Shown: in pieces, positions 9,421 through 18,937 of the stretch
Position numbering within the stretch: the stretch's first letter is position 1
How the letters are laid out: every line of letters starts with the position of its first letter
NCBI GenBank assembly: GCA_964425515.1
Contig: CAYRNH010000001.1
Location: 1 to 35,565, forward strand
Source of the DNA: an uncultured Thiotrichaceae bacterium
GTDB lineage: Bacteria > Pseudomonadota > Gammaproteobacteria > SZUA-229
Reading direction: 5' to 3'
DNA: 35,565 bases
The notes under the pieces: generated by a model
The model's database searches: none
What the model was told of the DNA's origin: nothing
What the model saw: the letters and a program-made list of their open reading frames with translations, nothing else
Position numbers and translations under genes: made by a program

Positions 9421-10590
9421 ATGGATCGGGAAAAAGCGATACGTTCGATGCACGATATGCTGCGCCTGATGGTGCAGAAAGATGGATCCGACCTGTTTAT
9501 TACTGCGGGTGCCGTGCCTTCGATGAAAGTCCATGGTGCCATGATGCCTTTATCCAGCCAGGTGCTGAGTGCGCAGCACACGCAAATTCTGGTGCGCGCT
9601 ATCATGAATGACAGGCAGTTATCAGAGTTTGAACAAACACAGGAATGTAATTTTGCTATCAGTTTGCCCGGTGTTTCTCGTTTTCGTGTGAATGCATTTA
9701 TACAGCGCGGTTCGGCAGGCGTAGTGCTGCGTGTGATCCGCTCTGATATTCCTCTGTTTGAAGATTTGAATTTACCGCCGGTGCTCAGAGATATCTCCAT
9801 GACCAAACGCGGCCTGGTGATTTTTGTTGGTGCTACCGGCTCAGGTAAATCAACCTCGCTGGCAGCGATGGTTGGTTATCGTAATGAGAACAGTAAAGGC
9901 CATATTATTACCATCGAAGACCCGATCGAGTTTGTGCACAGCCATAGAAATTGCATCGTGACTCAGCGCGAAGTGGGTGTGGATACCGAGAGTTATGAGA
10001 TAGCGCTGAAAAACACTCTACGTCAGGCGCCAGATGTTATTCTGATCGGTGAGATTCGTGACCGGGAAGCAATGGATCATGCGATCACTTTTGCCGAGAC
10101 CGGACATCTATGTCTTTCCACTTTGCACGCAAACAGCACCAATCAGGCGTTGGATCGCATCATAAACTTTTTCCCGGAAGAACGGCGTCCACAGCTGTTG
10201 ATGGATTTATCATTAAATCTGAAAGCGCTGGTGTCGCAGCGCCTGATCCCGAGTGCGACTGGCGCAGGGCGTGTTGCCGCGGTTGAAATTATGATCAACA
10301 CGCCTTTGATGTCAGATATGATATTCAAGGGCAATGTGCATGAGATCAAGGAGCTGATCGCCAAGTCAAATGAGGTTGGTATGCAGACCTTTGACCAGGC
10401 CTTGTTCAACCTTTATCAGAGTGGTCAGATTACGTATGAAGATGCTCTGCGTAACGCGGATTCGGTCAACGATCTGCGCTTGCGTGTTAAACTTGATGGA
10501 GGAAGCTCAGAAAAATCCAATCTTATGGAAGGTCTTGATGAGCTACAAATGCAGGAAGATGAGAATGAAAAAGGAAAGTTAAGGCGCTAA
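9421..10590 (+). CDS. pilU: PilT-family ATPase PilU
   Basis: 389 aa with very high similarity to PilU along its length (LRLMVQKDGSDLFITAG, GATGSGKST, TGHLCLSTLHA, ELGMQTFDQAL-type C-terminus). It lacks AIRNLIRE. GAGG lies upstream of the ATG. Confidence 0.88.
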   Translation: MDREKAIRSMHDMLRLMVQKDGSDLFITAGAVPSMKVHGAMMPLSSQVLSAQHTQILVRAIMNDRQLSEFEQTQECNFAISLPGVSRFRVNAFIQRGSAGVVLRVIRSDIPLFEDLNLPPVLRDISMTKRGLVIFVGATGSGKSTSLAAMVGYRNENSKGHIITIEDPIEFVHSHRNCIVTQREVGVDTESYEIALKNTLRQAPDVILIGEIRDREAMDHAITFAETGHLCLSTLHANSTNQALDRIINFFPEERRPQLLMDLSLNLKALVSQRLIPSATGAGRVAAVEIMINTPLMSDMIFKGNVHEIKELIAKSNEVGMQTFDQALFNLYQSGQITYEDALRNADSVNDLRLRVKLDGGSSEKSNLMEGLDELQMQEDENEKGKLRR

Positions 10591-10606
10591 TCGGATAGAA
10601 CATGCC

Positions 10607-11737
10607 ATGAATCTTCAACCCTATTTAAAATTAATGTCGGAGCAGCTAGCTTCCGATATGTATTTCACCACCGGTGCACCCGTGAGTATACGCATTGACG
10701 GCAACATGCGTCCCGTAGGCAAGTCCATGCTGTCGCCGGGCATGACCAAGAAGCTGGCGTATGATTTATTAACGCCCGCGCAAATTCAGGATTTTGAAAG
10801 CAATCTCGAATTTAATATGGGCATGTCCTACACCGAGCTGGGGCGTTTTCGCGTCAACATGTATTTGCAGCGCGGTGAAGTGTCCATGGTGATTCGTTAT
10901 ATCAAAGCTGATATTCCCTCGCTCGAAGATCTCGCTCTGCCCGATGTTTTTAAAAACATGGTGATGAAGAAAAAGGGGTTGTTGCTGGTCGTGGGCGCTA
11001 CCGGAACCGGCAAGTCAACATCACTGGCATCCATGCTTGATCATCGTAATGCCAACGAAAGCGGACATATACTCACGATCGAAGACCCGATTGAGTTTAT
11101 GTTTCATCACAAAAAATCAATTGTGGGGCAGCGTGAGGTTGGGCTTGATACGCTGTCTTTTGATAATGCTTTGCGTGAAGCGATGCGCGAAGCGCCCGAT
11201 GTCATCATGATCGGTGAGGCGCGTGATCGCGAAACCATGGAATCAGCATTACGTTACGCTGATACGGGTCATCTATGTTTAACCACCTTGCATGCGACTA
11301 ATTCATATCAAACGCTGGATCGAATTCTTAACTTCTTCCCCACGGAAGCACATAATCAGATTTTGATGGATCTGTCGCTGAATCTAAATGGGATTCTTGC
11401 GCAACGCCTGGTGACAGGGCGTGATGGTAAACGTGTCGTGGCAGTCGAGGCGATGATCAATACGCCGTATATCAGCCAGCTGATACGCGAAGGCAAGTTT
11501 AATGAAATCAAAGACGTGATGCATAAAGCTGGCGAAGCGGGTATGCAGACATTTGATCAGTCGCTATATGACCTGTTCAGGTCGGGAAAGATTGATCTGA
11601 AAACCGCACTGGCGAATGCGGATTCCAGTAGTGACCTGGAATGGAAAATTAATTTTGGCGGCGGCGTCAAGGACCTGAAGTCGGGTGGTAGTATGGATTC
11701 GCTGGAATTTCCCAGTAGCAGCACAGATTTGAAATAA
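10607..11737 (+). CDS. Second PilU-like PilT-family ATPase (paralog)
   Basis: 376 aa with Walker A GATGTGKST, Walker B VIMIGEARD and His box TGHLCLTTLHA. In place of AIRNLIRE it has NTPYISQLIREGKF, which is PilU-like. By eye it is roughly half identical to the upstream PilU. Confidence 0.85.
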   Translation: MNLQPYLKLMSEQLASDMYFTTGAPVSIRIDGNMRPVGKSMLSPGMTKKLAYDLLTPAQIQDFESNLEFNMGMSYTELGRFRVNMYLQRGEVSMVIRYIKADIPSLEDLALPDVFKNMVMKKKGLLLVVGATGTGKSTSLASMLDHRNANESGHILTIEDPIEFMFHHKKSIVGQREVGLDTLSFDNALREAMREAPDVIMIGEARDRETMESALRYADTGHLCLTTLHATNSYQTLDRILNFFPTEAHNQILMDLSLNLNGILAQRLVTGRDGKRVVAVEAMINTPYISQLIREGKFNEIKDVMHKAGEAGMQTFDQSLYDLFRSGKIDLKTALANADSSSDLEWKINFGGGVKDLKSGGSMDSLEFPSSSTDLK

Positions 11738-11794
11738 CCCTCCCTCTCAATCTGAAATCCGGGAATCCACCAGAGCCTGATAGTTAAAAAATAC

Positions 11795-11907
11795 AGTCCG
11801 CTAATGAACGCAAATAAACGCGAATGTTTTGTTTGCGCACGGTGGGCGAAACGCGCCTGTACTGTATTCCGTTTTTATTAGCGTGCATTTGCGTTTATTA
11901 GCGGACT
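11795..11907. repeat. Long imperfect palindrome between convergent genes (REP-like element / bidirectional terminator candidate)
   Basis: 11795-11821 pairs with 11881-11907: 27 positions, 24 Watson-Crick, one G-T and two mismatches. The 59-nt interior has its own small stems. A T7 run at 11921-11927 follows on the plus strand. Confidence 0.6.
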
Positions 11908-11949
11908 AATGTCACTTGTGTTTTTTTGGAAAGAGAATCCGTGATCGGA

Positions 11950-13233
11950 TTACTGGCTGGCGCTGTATGTCAGTGCGCCGTTTATGATGGTGTGCTTGAC
12001 CCGGTTGCGGAAGTTCCAGCCAATAAAGGGTGAATTTTTACCGCGGCTGTGCATACCGCTTTCATCAAGTTGCCAGTCAACATCGCTCTGATATAAACAG
12101 AGATCTGCGATTGCGCCAACCTCCAGTGCGCCGGCCTTGATATTAAGTGTATTCGCGGGCGTGCTGGTGAGAGCGCGTATTGCCGTGTGTAATTCAAGCG
12201 CGCCTTCGTCAACCAGTGCCAGCACCAAAGGCAACAGGGTATCCAGTGCGCTGATACCGGGCGATGAACCAGGGAAGGGTTGTTGTTTGGCGTCAGTGTC
12301 GTGTGGTTGATGATCTGAACAAATAATGTCGATGCTGCCATCGGCAACACCCCGGCGCAGCGCTTCCATGTCGCGCTGGCTACGTAGTGGCGGCAGCACG
12401 TGAAACTGACTGTTAAAGCTGCTGATGTCGTTTTCGCTGAGATGTAGCTGATGGGCGCTGACATCGGCTGTGATTTTCATGCCATCCTGTTTGGCGCGGC
12501 GTATCAGCTCAACCGATTCGGCGCTGGAGAGACGACCAAAATGCGCGCGCGCACCGGTTTCTTCGATCAGCTTGAGTGAACGCGATATGGCGATGGTTTC
12601 TGCTGAGACTGGAATGCCCTGCAGACCGAGTCGGGTCGCCACCGGGCCGTCGTGTGCACAACCCTGCATGCTCAGCCAGTGATCATCGGGTTCAATAAAA
12701 ACCGTGAGGTCGCAATTAGCCGCATAGGAATACGCGCGGCGTAATACCTGGGTATTGATCACCGGTTCGCGTGCATTGCTGACACCGCTGCAGCCAGCGT
12801 TTAGCAGTGCCCACATTTCGCTGAGGTGTTCACCTTCTAAACCCTGGCTGAGTGCGCCCAGCACCAGCACTTTCGATTTTGCTGCGATACTGGCCTTGTG
12901 ATGGATCAGCTCGATCACAGAGGGTGCGTCAATCACCGGGTCGGTGTCGGGTGGACAGCACAACGTGGTAATGCCAGAAGCGCTTGCGGCCAGACATTCG
13001 CTGGCAATGTCTGCTTTGTGCACCGCGCCGGGTTCACGCAAGCGCGCGCATATATCGACAATGCCAGGCATTAAATTCAGACCGCTGGCGTCGAGCGTCT
13101 GGTCGGTAGTAAAACCGTCGGGGGCTTTTTGCAGCGCCACGATCCTGTCTTTGGCGATGAATACATCACCCACTTCTGCTGTGTTGTTGCCAGGGTTAAT
13201 CAGACGCGCATTTTTTATCTGCAGGCGTTTCAT
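11950..13233 (-). CDS. Dihydroorotase-like protein, probably the non-catalytic PyrC' partner of ATCase
   Basis: 427 aa amidohydrolase-fold protein with a 4-nt overlap with pyrB. The DxHxHxR zinc motif is replaced by DICARLR, and other ligand positions have diverged, as in Pseudomonas PyrC'. Confidence 0.85.
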   Translation of the reverse strand: MKRLQIKNARLINPGNNTAEVGDVFIAKDRIVALQKAPDGFTTDQTLDASGLNLMPGIVDICARLREPGAVHKADIASECLAASASGITTLCCPPDTDPVIDAPSVIELIHHKASIAAKSKVLVLGALSQGLEGEHLSEMWALLNAGCSGVSNAREPVINTQVLRRAYSYAANCDLTVFIEPDDHWLSMQGCAHDGPVATRLGLQGIPVSAETIAISRSLKLIEETGARAHFGRLSSAESVELIRRAKQDGMKITADVSAHQLHLSENDISSFNSQFHVLPPLRSQRDMEALRRGVADGSIDIICSDHQPHDTDAKQQPFPGSSPGISALDTLLPLVLALVDEGALELHTAIRALTSTPANTLNIKAGALEVGAIADLCLYQSDVDWQLDESGMHSRGKNSPFIGWNFRNRVKHTIINGALTYSASQ

Positions 13234-14252
13234 TCTGCTGCCTCGGCCGCGTCTTCAGTTTCGCGTCCTAATACCATCGACATCACTGCCATGCGCACAG
13301 CGATGCCATAAGTGACCTGTTTTAGAATAACTGACTGAGGGCCGTCGGCAACGGCGGATTCAATTTCGACACCGCGGTTGATGGGGCCGGGGTGCATGAC
13401 AATGGCGTCGGGTTTGGCGAGCGCGAGTTTTTCGCGGGTCAGTCCGTACATTGCGTAAAATTCCTGTTCGCTGGGCAGCAGTGCACCGAGCATGCGTTCT
13501 TTTTGTAAGCGCAGCATGATGACAACATCAGCATCTTTAATACCGGTGGCCATGTCGTTGTATACCGTCACACCCATGTCTTCGATGCCGGTGGGAATTA
13601 AAGTTTTAGGTCCGATAACACGAACCTCGCCAGTGTTGAGCGTGTTCAGTGCGTGGATCTGAGAGCGCGCTACACGCGAGTGCAACAGATCACCGACGAT
13701 CGCCACTCGTAGCTTGCCAAAATCATGGCCTTTGCTGCGACGTATGGTGAACATGTCGAGCATTGCCTGTGTAGGGTGCGCATGACGGCCATCACCAGCA
13801 TTGATTACACTGATTTTGGGCGACACATTGTTGGCGATGTGATGCGCAGCGCCTGAGTCATTGTGGCGCACAATAAACATGTCGCACTGCATCGCCTGAA
13901 TATTACGCAAGGTGTCGAGCAGGGTTTCGCCCTTGCTGGTTGCCGAGGTGCTGATGTTGATGTTGAGAATATCGGCAGACAGTCGTTTGGCTGCGAGTTC
14001 AAAGGTGGTGCGGGTTCGGGTGCTGGCTTCGAAAAAAAGATTGACGATGGTTTTGCCGCGCAGCAGCGGGACTTTTTTCACGCTTTGTTCGTTGATGTTG
14101 GCAAAGCTTTCTGCAGTGTCGAGAATATTATTGAGAATCTCGCTGCCGAGGCCTTCGATGGTAAGGAAATGTTTCAGCTGGCCACGAGAATCGAGCTGGA
14201 TGTTCCAGTCATCCTGCGCCAGTAATGAAGCTTTGCTGGCCTTGTTCACCAT
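13230..14252 (-). CDS. pyrB: Aspartate carbamoyltransferase catalytic chain
   Basis: 340 aa with carbamoyl-phosphate motif STRTR ([13 protein letters not shown]), HPTQ (GRHAHPTQ) and HPGP ([10 protein letters not shown]). Confidence 0.93.
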   Translation of the reverse strand: MVNKASKASLLAQDDWNIQLDSRGQLKHFLTIEGLGSEILNNILDTAESFANINEQSVKKVPLLRGKTIVNLFFEASTRTRTTFELAAKRLSADILNINISTSATSKGETLLDTLRNIQAMQCDMFIVRHNDSGAAHHIANNVSPKISVINAGDGRHAHPTQAMLDMFTIRRSKGHDFGKLRVAIVGDLLHSRVARSQIHALNTLNTGEVRVIGPKTLIPTGIEDMGVTVYNDMATGIKDADVVIMLRLQKERMLGALLPSEQEFYAMYGLTREKLALAKPDAIVMHPGPINRGVEIESAVADGPQSVILKQVTYGIAVRMAVMSMVLGRETEDAAEAAE

Positions 14253-14274
14253 GGCTGCTGTGTCATTGTGGTTA

Positions 14275-14772
14275 TCATGCTAACACCAGTTGCAAGGGTG
14301 CGGGCCCGCTGAGTTTAATGTGCTGTTGACTCGACAGCTGGATGCTTTGTCCGACCACATCGGCCTGTATCGGCAGCTCGCGACCATTACGCTCGATCAG
14401 GCTGACCAGGATAATGCTCGCAGGTCGGCCATAGTCAAAAATTTCATTCATCGCCGCGCGGATGGTGCGACCCGTGTGCAGCACGTCGTCGACCAGAATG
14501 ATGTCACGGTCTTCAACCTGGGGCGGAAGTTTGGAAGGTCTGACTTTGGGATTGACCCCGATGCGGGAAAAATCATCGCGGTAAAAACTGATATCGAGCG
14601 TTGCCAGGGGTTCGGCAATATTGAGTGATTTATGCAGTTGCTCGGCAACCCAGACGCCGCCGGTATGAATTCCTACCATCAACGGCTGATCGATAGCTCG
14701 CTCGGTGAGCAGATGCTTGAGTGTTTCTGCCATTTGCGCCAGAAGCGTGTCTGGTGTGGCAATATCATCCAT
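14275..14772 (-). CDS. pyrR: PyrR (pyrimidine operon regulator / uracil phosphoribosyltransferase family)
   Basis: 165 aa with PRPP-binding motif [13 protein letters not shown], directly upstream of pyrB. Confidence 0.9.
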   Translation of the reverse strand: MDDIATPDTLLAQMAETLKHLLTERAIDQPLMVGIHTGGVWVAEQLHKSLNIAEPLATLDISFYRDDFSRIGVNPKVRPSKLPPQVEDRDIILVDDVLHTGRTIRAAMNEIFDYGRPASIILVSLIERNGRELPIQADVVGQSIQLSSQQHIKLSGPAPLQLVLA

Positions 14773-14780
14773 AGGTTGCT

Positions 14781-15212
14781 TCAGTGTTGGTCTAGCCAGC
14801 TTTGTACGATCAAGGCGGCTGCCATTCTATCAATCTCCTGCTTGTTGTGCTGACCTATTTTTTTCTGCTCCTTGAGCAGGGACTCGGCTTCGTAGGAACT
14901 CAGGGTTTCGTTGATCTCGATCACCGGTTGCGTGAAGCGTTGTTTGAGTTCGTTGCAAAAAGCGCGCACCTTGAGTGTCATCGGGCTTTCTGTACCGTCA
15001 GTATGATAGGGCATGCCGACCAGCAGCGCGTCGGGGCGCCAGCGTTCGATCTGTTGCTGCAGTCCTGGCCAGTCGGGCTGGCCATTGACCCGTGTCAGCG
15101 TAGTCACCGGGGTGGCGCTGTGGGTGATGGTCTGTCCAGTGGCGATGCCGATGCGTTGTTCGCCGTAGTCGATACCCAGGACCGAGCGTATCGCTTCAGG
15201 CGTGGCCGGCAT
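14781..15212 (-). CDS. ruvX: YqgF/RuvX putative pre-16S rRNA nuclease (Holliday-junction-resolvase-like)
   Basis: 143 aa with N-terminal motif GIDYGEQRIGIA. Conserved yqgE-ruvX pair. Confidence 0.88.
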   Translation of the reverse strand: MPATPEAIRSVLGIDYGEQRIGIATGQTITHSATPVTTLTRVNGQPDWPGLQQQIERWRPDALLVGMPYHTDGTESPMTLKVRAFCNELKQRFTQPVIEINETLSSYEAESLLKEQKKIGQHNKQEIDRMAAALIVQSWLDQH

Positions 15213-15756
15213 CGTGGCTCAATAATTGTAAATCCACGCCGATAATATCGGCAGCAGCCTGCCAGCGGTCTTCCGGGGGTATTTCAAAAATAATCTGTTC
15301 ATTCGCCGGACAGCTCAGCCAGCTATTGGCCGCGAGTTCCTGTTCCAGCTGGCCGGGTGCCCAGCCGGCATAACCGAGGGCGATAATAGAATCTTTGGGA
15401 CCCTGGTCGTTGGCGATAGCTTCGATGATGTCGCGCGAACTGGTCAGGGCTATATGTGGATTGATCTGCAGAGTCGAACTCCAGCTGCCGAGCGGGCGGT
15501 GCAAAACAAAACCACGACTTTCCTGTACCGGGCCACCGTGGAATATATTGCGTTTGTGTTTTGCAGAGTCGCTTGTCTGGATTTGCATTTGCTCCATGAT
15601 GTCTTCCAGGGTGACGTCGATTTCACGATTGATCACAATGCCAAAACTGCCATTTTCATCGTGTTCACAAATATAAGTGACCGTGTGATCAAAGTTAGGG
15701 TCGAGCAGATCCGGCATTGCGATAATGAAATGGTCGGTGAGTCTGGTCGCTTCCAT
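15196..15756 (-). CDS. yqgE: YqgE/AlgH family (UPF0301) protein
   Basis: About 186 aa with the typical region PDLLDPNFDHTVTYICEHDENGSFGIVINR. ATG 15756 overlaps the tonB-like TGA by 1 nt (TGATG). The track start at GTG 15759 is one codon upstream. Confidence 0.85.
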   Translation of the reverse strand: MEATRLTDHFIIAMPDLLDPNFDHTVTYICEHDENGSFGIVINREIDVTLEDIMEQMQIQTSDSAKHKRNIFHGGPVQESRGFVLHRPLGSWSSTLQINPHIALTSSRDIIEAIANDQGPKDSIIALGYAGWAPGQLEQELAANSWLSCPANEQIIFEIPPEDRWQAAADIIGVDLQLLSHDAGHA

Positions 15757-16637
15757 CACTGGCTCCGCATCTGGTTACTGGCGAGAAATTCCCAGCTTCG
15801 GGTTATATGTATGACATCGGCTTCCTGTTTGAGTTTTTCTGAAAACGGCGGAAATGGAGCGGCCAGCTTTACGATACGTTTGGCGGCATCATCCAGCACC
15901 TGATGACCGGAAGATTTGCGCAGTTCAGTTTTGAGTAATTTGCCGCTGGAGTCGATAGTGACATCGAGGATCAGGGTGCCGCTGAGATGGTTGCGCTTCG
16001 CCTGATCAGGATAGTTCAGGTTGCCAATGCGTTCGACCCGGTTGATCCAGTTGCGCATATAGCGTGCGGGCAAAAATTCTTTGGTGCTGGAGTTCATAAA
16101 CTTAACTTTGGGGCGCTGGGCCTGCTTTTCAATCATCGTGTCGATTTCTTTGGCAAGACGGGCGGTTTCCATTTGCTGCTGGTTGCGTTGTTGCGCCGGG
16201 GTTAGTTTGTCCTGGTCGCTTATTTTATCGGCACTTTTGACCTGAAAATCCGATTTCGCCTGGTGCAGCACGGCCACATTAGCGAGCTGGTCGATACTGG
16301 CCACCTGTTCGGTGCTGGTTTGCAGCGCCATGCCAGGGTCAGGTGCCAGCGTGGGCGCGGTGAATATATCGCTGGGGCGCACTTTTTCTGCACTGTCACC
16401 GCCACCTTGCTGAGTGACCTGTGCCAGATATTTGGCGTCTTTATTTTCTTTGCTGGGATTTTGTGTTTGCACAATAATCACATCCAGCGTTGGTGATTGT
16501 GGGTTTTGTGCGGCGGGCGCAATGCTGAAAGTGATACCCAGAATAACAATACCGTGGAAAATCGCGGCCAGAACAAAGGTCAGACCGAGTCGGTCGTGAT
16601 CTGTAATCTTTGGCGCTGGTGGTGGCTGGTTCTTCAT
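15756..16637 (-). CDS. TonB-family energy transducer (position equivalent to Pseudomonas TonB3)
   Basis: 293 aa with an N-terminal TM helix containing His (LAAIFHGIVILGI), a charged linker, and a TonB C-terminal domain (YPDQAKRNHLSGTLILDVTIDSSGKL...AAPFPPF). Confidence 0.8.
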   Translation of the reverse strand: MKNQPPPAPKITDHDRLGLTFVLAAIFHGIVILGITFSIAPAAQNPQSPTLDVIIVQTQNPSKENKDAKYLAQVTQQGGGDSAEKVRPSDIFTAPTLAPDPGMALQTSTEQVASIDQLANVAVLHQAKSDFQVKSADKISDQDKLTPAQQRNQQQMETARLAKEIDTMIEKQAQRPKVKFMNSSTKEFLPARYMRNWINRVERIGNLNYPDQAKRNHLSGTLILDVTIDSSGKLLKTELRKSSGHQVLDDAAKRIVKLAAPFPPFSEKLKQEADVIHITRSWEFLASNQMRSQ

Positions 16638-16743
16638 TTGTGGTGCCGCGTCAGGTACACATTATTAATATTATAGTTAGCTATATGCCTGTTTGCTCTG
16701 GTCATACGTTAAATCAAATGCGCCAGATCGACCGTTGTTGTGA

Positions 16744-17799
16744 TTATAGTGGCTGACTCAGGCTTATGTTGGCTGACTGATCTGCAGTGAAATGCACACG
16801 TTTGGCCATCGCCGGATTGAGCTGAATATGGCCGTTTTCATCCACGACCATTGCATATTTGATGCCCATGGCTTTGGCGGTGGCATACCAGTGTTTGGGG
16901 CCGGCGACCATCAGAGCGGTTGCGGACGCATCGGCCAGGCTGGCGTTGTTATCGATCACGGTGACCGAGCTCAGGCCAACGCTTGGGTAGCCGGTGCGCG
17001 GATCCAGAATATGGTGCATGCGCTTGCCCTTATACATATAAAAGCGTTCGTAATCACCCGAGGTGAAGACGCCTTCTTCCGGGCGCGCATCGACCCAGCC
17101 AAGTGTCGCCGGGTGGCGTGGATCACGGATACCGACGCGCCAGTCGCGCTTGCCGTGTTTGCCAATCACCTTGAGATCGCCGCCGGCATTGATGACTGCA
17201 TCGTGTATCCCCATTGCGCGCAATCTGGTGAGCGCGATTTCAATGGCATAGCCTTTGGCGTAGGCGCCCAGAGTGAGCTGAACTGCCGGATTGGTACTGC
17301 TGATGGTATTGCCATGGATCACCAGGTCGGCCATGACGGGTTTTGCATTGACCACTTTGGCAATGGCCGCTGGGCTAGGTGGTTTGATGTCAGCTTCATC
17401 GGCACGGTGGAACTGCCAGAGATTGACCAGATTACCGATTGCGGGATTGAATAGATTATTGCTGATCGCTGATAGATGCGCTCCGGCCTGAATCAGGTCG
17501 CGCAGTTCCGGGTCAACCTTAAAGCTTTTCCCGGCTGCCAGTTTTAGATTGAGTTGGGCCAGTTCGCCATTGGTCCATGGACTCCAGTTCTGATGCCAGC
17601 GGGTAAAGTCGCTGTCCAGAAGCTTAAATGCCTTGTCGGCGTGCCCCGCATCGACATCGTACAGAGTGATATTGATGATGGTGCCGAATAATAATAGATT
17701 GCGCTGCTGTTCAAGTGTATTGCTGTCATTGTTTTGCGAGCAGGCGAGCAATGAACAGATCAGTGCCAGAGCGAGGATCAGCCGTATGGTGTGCATCAT
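16744..17799 (-). CDS. apbE: FAD:protein FMN transferase ApbE, lipoprotein
   Basis: 351 aa with a lipobox (LICSLLAC) and ApbE family regions (AKGYAIE, INAGGDLKVIG, HHILDPRTGYP). It has a 4-nt overlap with gshB. Confidence 0.88.
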   Translation of the reverse strand: MMHTIRLILALALICSLLACSQNNDSNTLEQQRNLLLFGTIINITLYDVDAGHADKAFKLLDSDFTRWHQNWSPWTNGELAQLNLKLAAGKSFKVDPELRDLIQAGAHLSAISNNLFNPAIGNLVNLWQFHRADEADIKPPSPAAIAKVVNAKPVMADLVIHGNTISSTNPAVQLTLGAYAKGYAIEIALTRLRAMGIHDAVINAGGDLKVIGKHGKRDWRVGIRDPRHPATLGWVDARPEEGVFTSGDYERFYMYKGKRMHHILDPRTGYPSVGLSSVTVIDNNASLADASATALMVAGPKHWYATAKAMGIKYAMVVDENGHIQLNPAMAKRVHFTADQSANISLSQPL

Positions 17800-18767
17800 C
17801 GGCGCATTACATCACATTTGGCGGCGATAACATCCATTAATTGAGAGGCTATATCGAGCTGATAAATCTGGTCGAGTTCTCGAATGCAGGTGGGGCTGGT
17901 GATATTAATTTCAGTCAGGTAATCCCCAATCACGTCGATTCCGGCGAATACAATACCCATTTCTTTGAGCGTGGGTCCCACTTGCTGGCAAATCCAGTGG
18001 TCGCGTTCGCTCAGTTCTTTACCGACCGCCTGGCCGCCAGCGGCAAGATTGCCTCGACTTTCGCCTTTGGCCGGGACCCGAGCCAGCGCATAGGGCACGG
18101 GTTCGCCGTCGATTAGCAAAATTCGTTTATCGCCAGCGCTGATCTCGGGGATAAAGCGCTGTGCCATGACCGTTTTATTGCCGTTCTCGCTGATAGTTTC
18201 GAGGATGACCGAGAGATTGGGGTCGTTGGGCGTCACTCTGAAAATCGACATGCCGCCCATACCGTCCAGCGGTTTGAGAATGACATCACCTTGCTGCTGG
18301 ATGAATGCTCTCAGTCTTTTCGCCTGGCGTGAAACCAGCATGGGCGCGCAGCACTGTGGAAACTGCGCGATAAACATTTTTTCATTGGCATCACGCAGGC
18401 TGTGTGGGCGGTTTACCACCAGGCAGCCTGCACGTTCAGCGATGTCCAGCAGGTAGGTGGTGCTGATGTATTCCATATCGAAGGGCGGATCCTTACGCAT
18501 CAGTACCACATCCAGAGAAGCCAGTTCCAGGGTTTCGGCGGCGTCCAGTTCGAACCAGTGCTCGGTATTGTCCTCGACCCGGATGCGGCAGGCGCTGGTT
18601 TTGATGCGGGTATCTTCTGCGAACAGGTCCTGAGCCAGGATGTAATACAGCTCCCAGCCACGTTTTTGTGCTGCCAGCAGCATGGCAAAGCTACTGTCCT
18701 TGTAGACTTTGATGTCTTCAATGGGGTCCATAATGACCCCAAGGCGTAGCTTTTTAGCAGTGTTCAT
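17796..18767 (-). CDS. gshB: Glutathione synthetase (ATP-grasp)
   Basis: 323 aa with VILKPLDGMGGMSIFRV, RILLIDGEPVPYALARVP and the NITSPT motif typical of GshB. Confidence 0.93.
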   Translation of the reverse strand: MNTAKKLRLGVIMDPIEDIKVYKDSSFAMLLAAQKRGWELYYILAQDLFAEDTRIKTSACRIRVEDNTEHWFELDAAETLELASLDVVLMRKDPPFDMEYISTTYLLDIAERAGCLVVNRPHSLRDANEKMFIAQFPQCCAPMLVSRQAKRLRAFIQQQGDVILKPLDGMGGMSIFRVTPNDPNLSVILETISENGNKTVMAQRFIPEISAGDKRILLIDGEPVPYALARVPAKGESRGNLAAGGQAVGKELSERDHWICQQVGPTLKEMGIVFAGIDVIGDYLTEINITSPTCIRELDQIYQLDIASQLMDVIAAKCDVMRR

Positions 18768-18937
18768 ACTGTTTCCTGATAGTTCGTTGCCAGGGCCATT
18801 AAGATACTGAATGTACTTAAATTTGCACCGGCTAGCAATTATTTGGCCAATCTGGTCGGCGGATATTCTTAATCATTGCGAATAGTTGAAACATGGTCTA
18901 CATTCATTTTATCAGCTGCATTGGGGCTAATTTTCAA

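Noticed and set aside
11804-11881. A 25-codon ORF (MNANKRECFVCARWAKRACTVFRFY) with a CxxC motif inside the 11795-11907 palindrome.
   Set aside because: It has no Shine-Dalgarno sequence, lies entirely within a hairpin-forming repeat, and has a composition dictated by the palindrome. It is very likely non-coding.
16655-16680. A perfect TATAAT (minus strand, 16675-16670) and a Fur-box-like AT-rich stretch (TATAATATTAATAATGTGT) upstream of the TonB-family gene.
   Set aside because: The -35 partner is poor (GAGCAA). By my count the Fur-box match is only about 11/19. It is plausible but too weak to call without comparative or experimental data.
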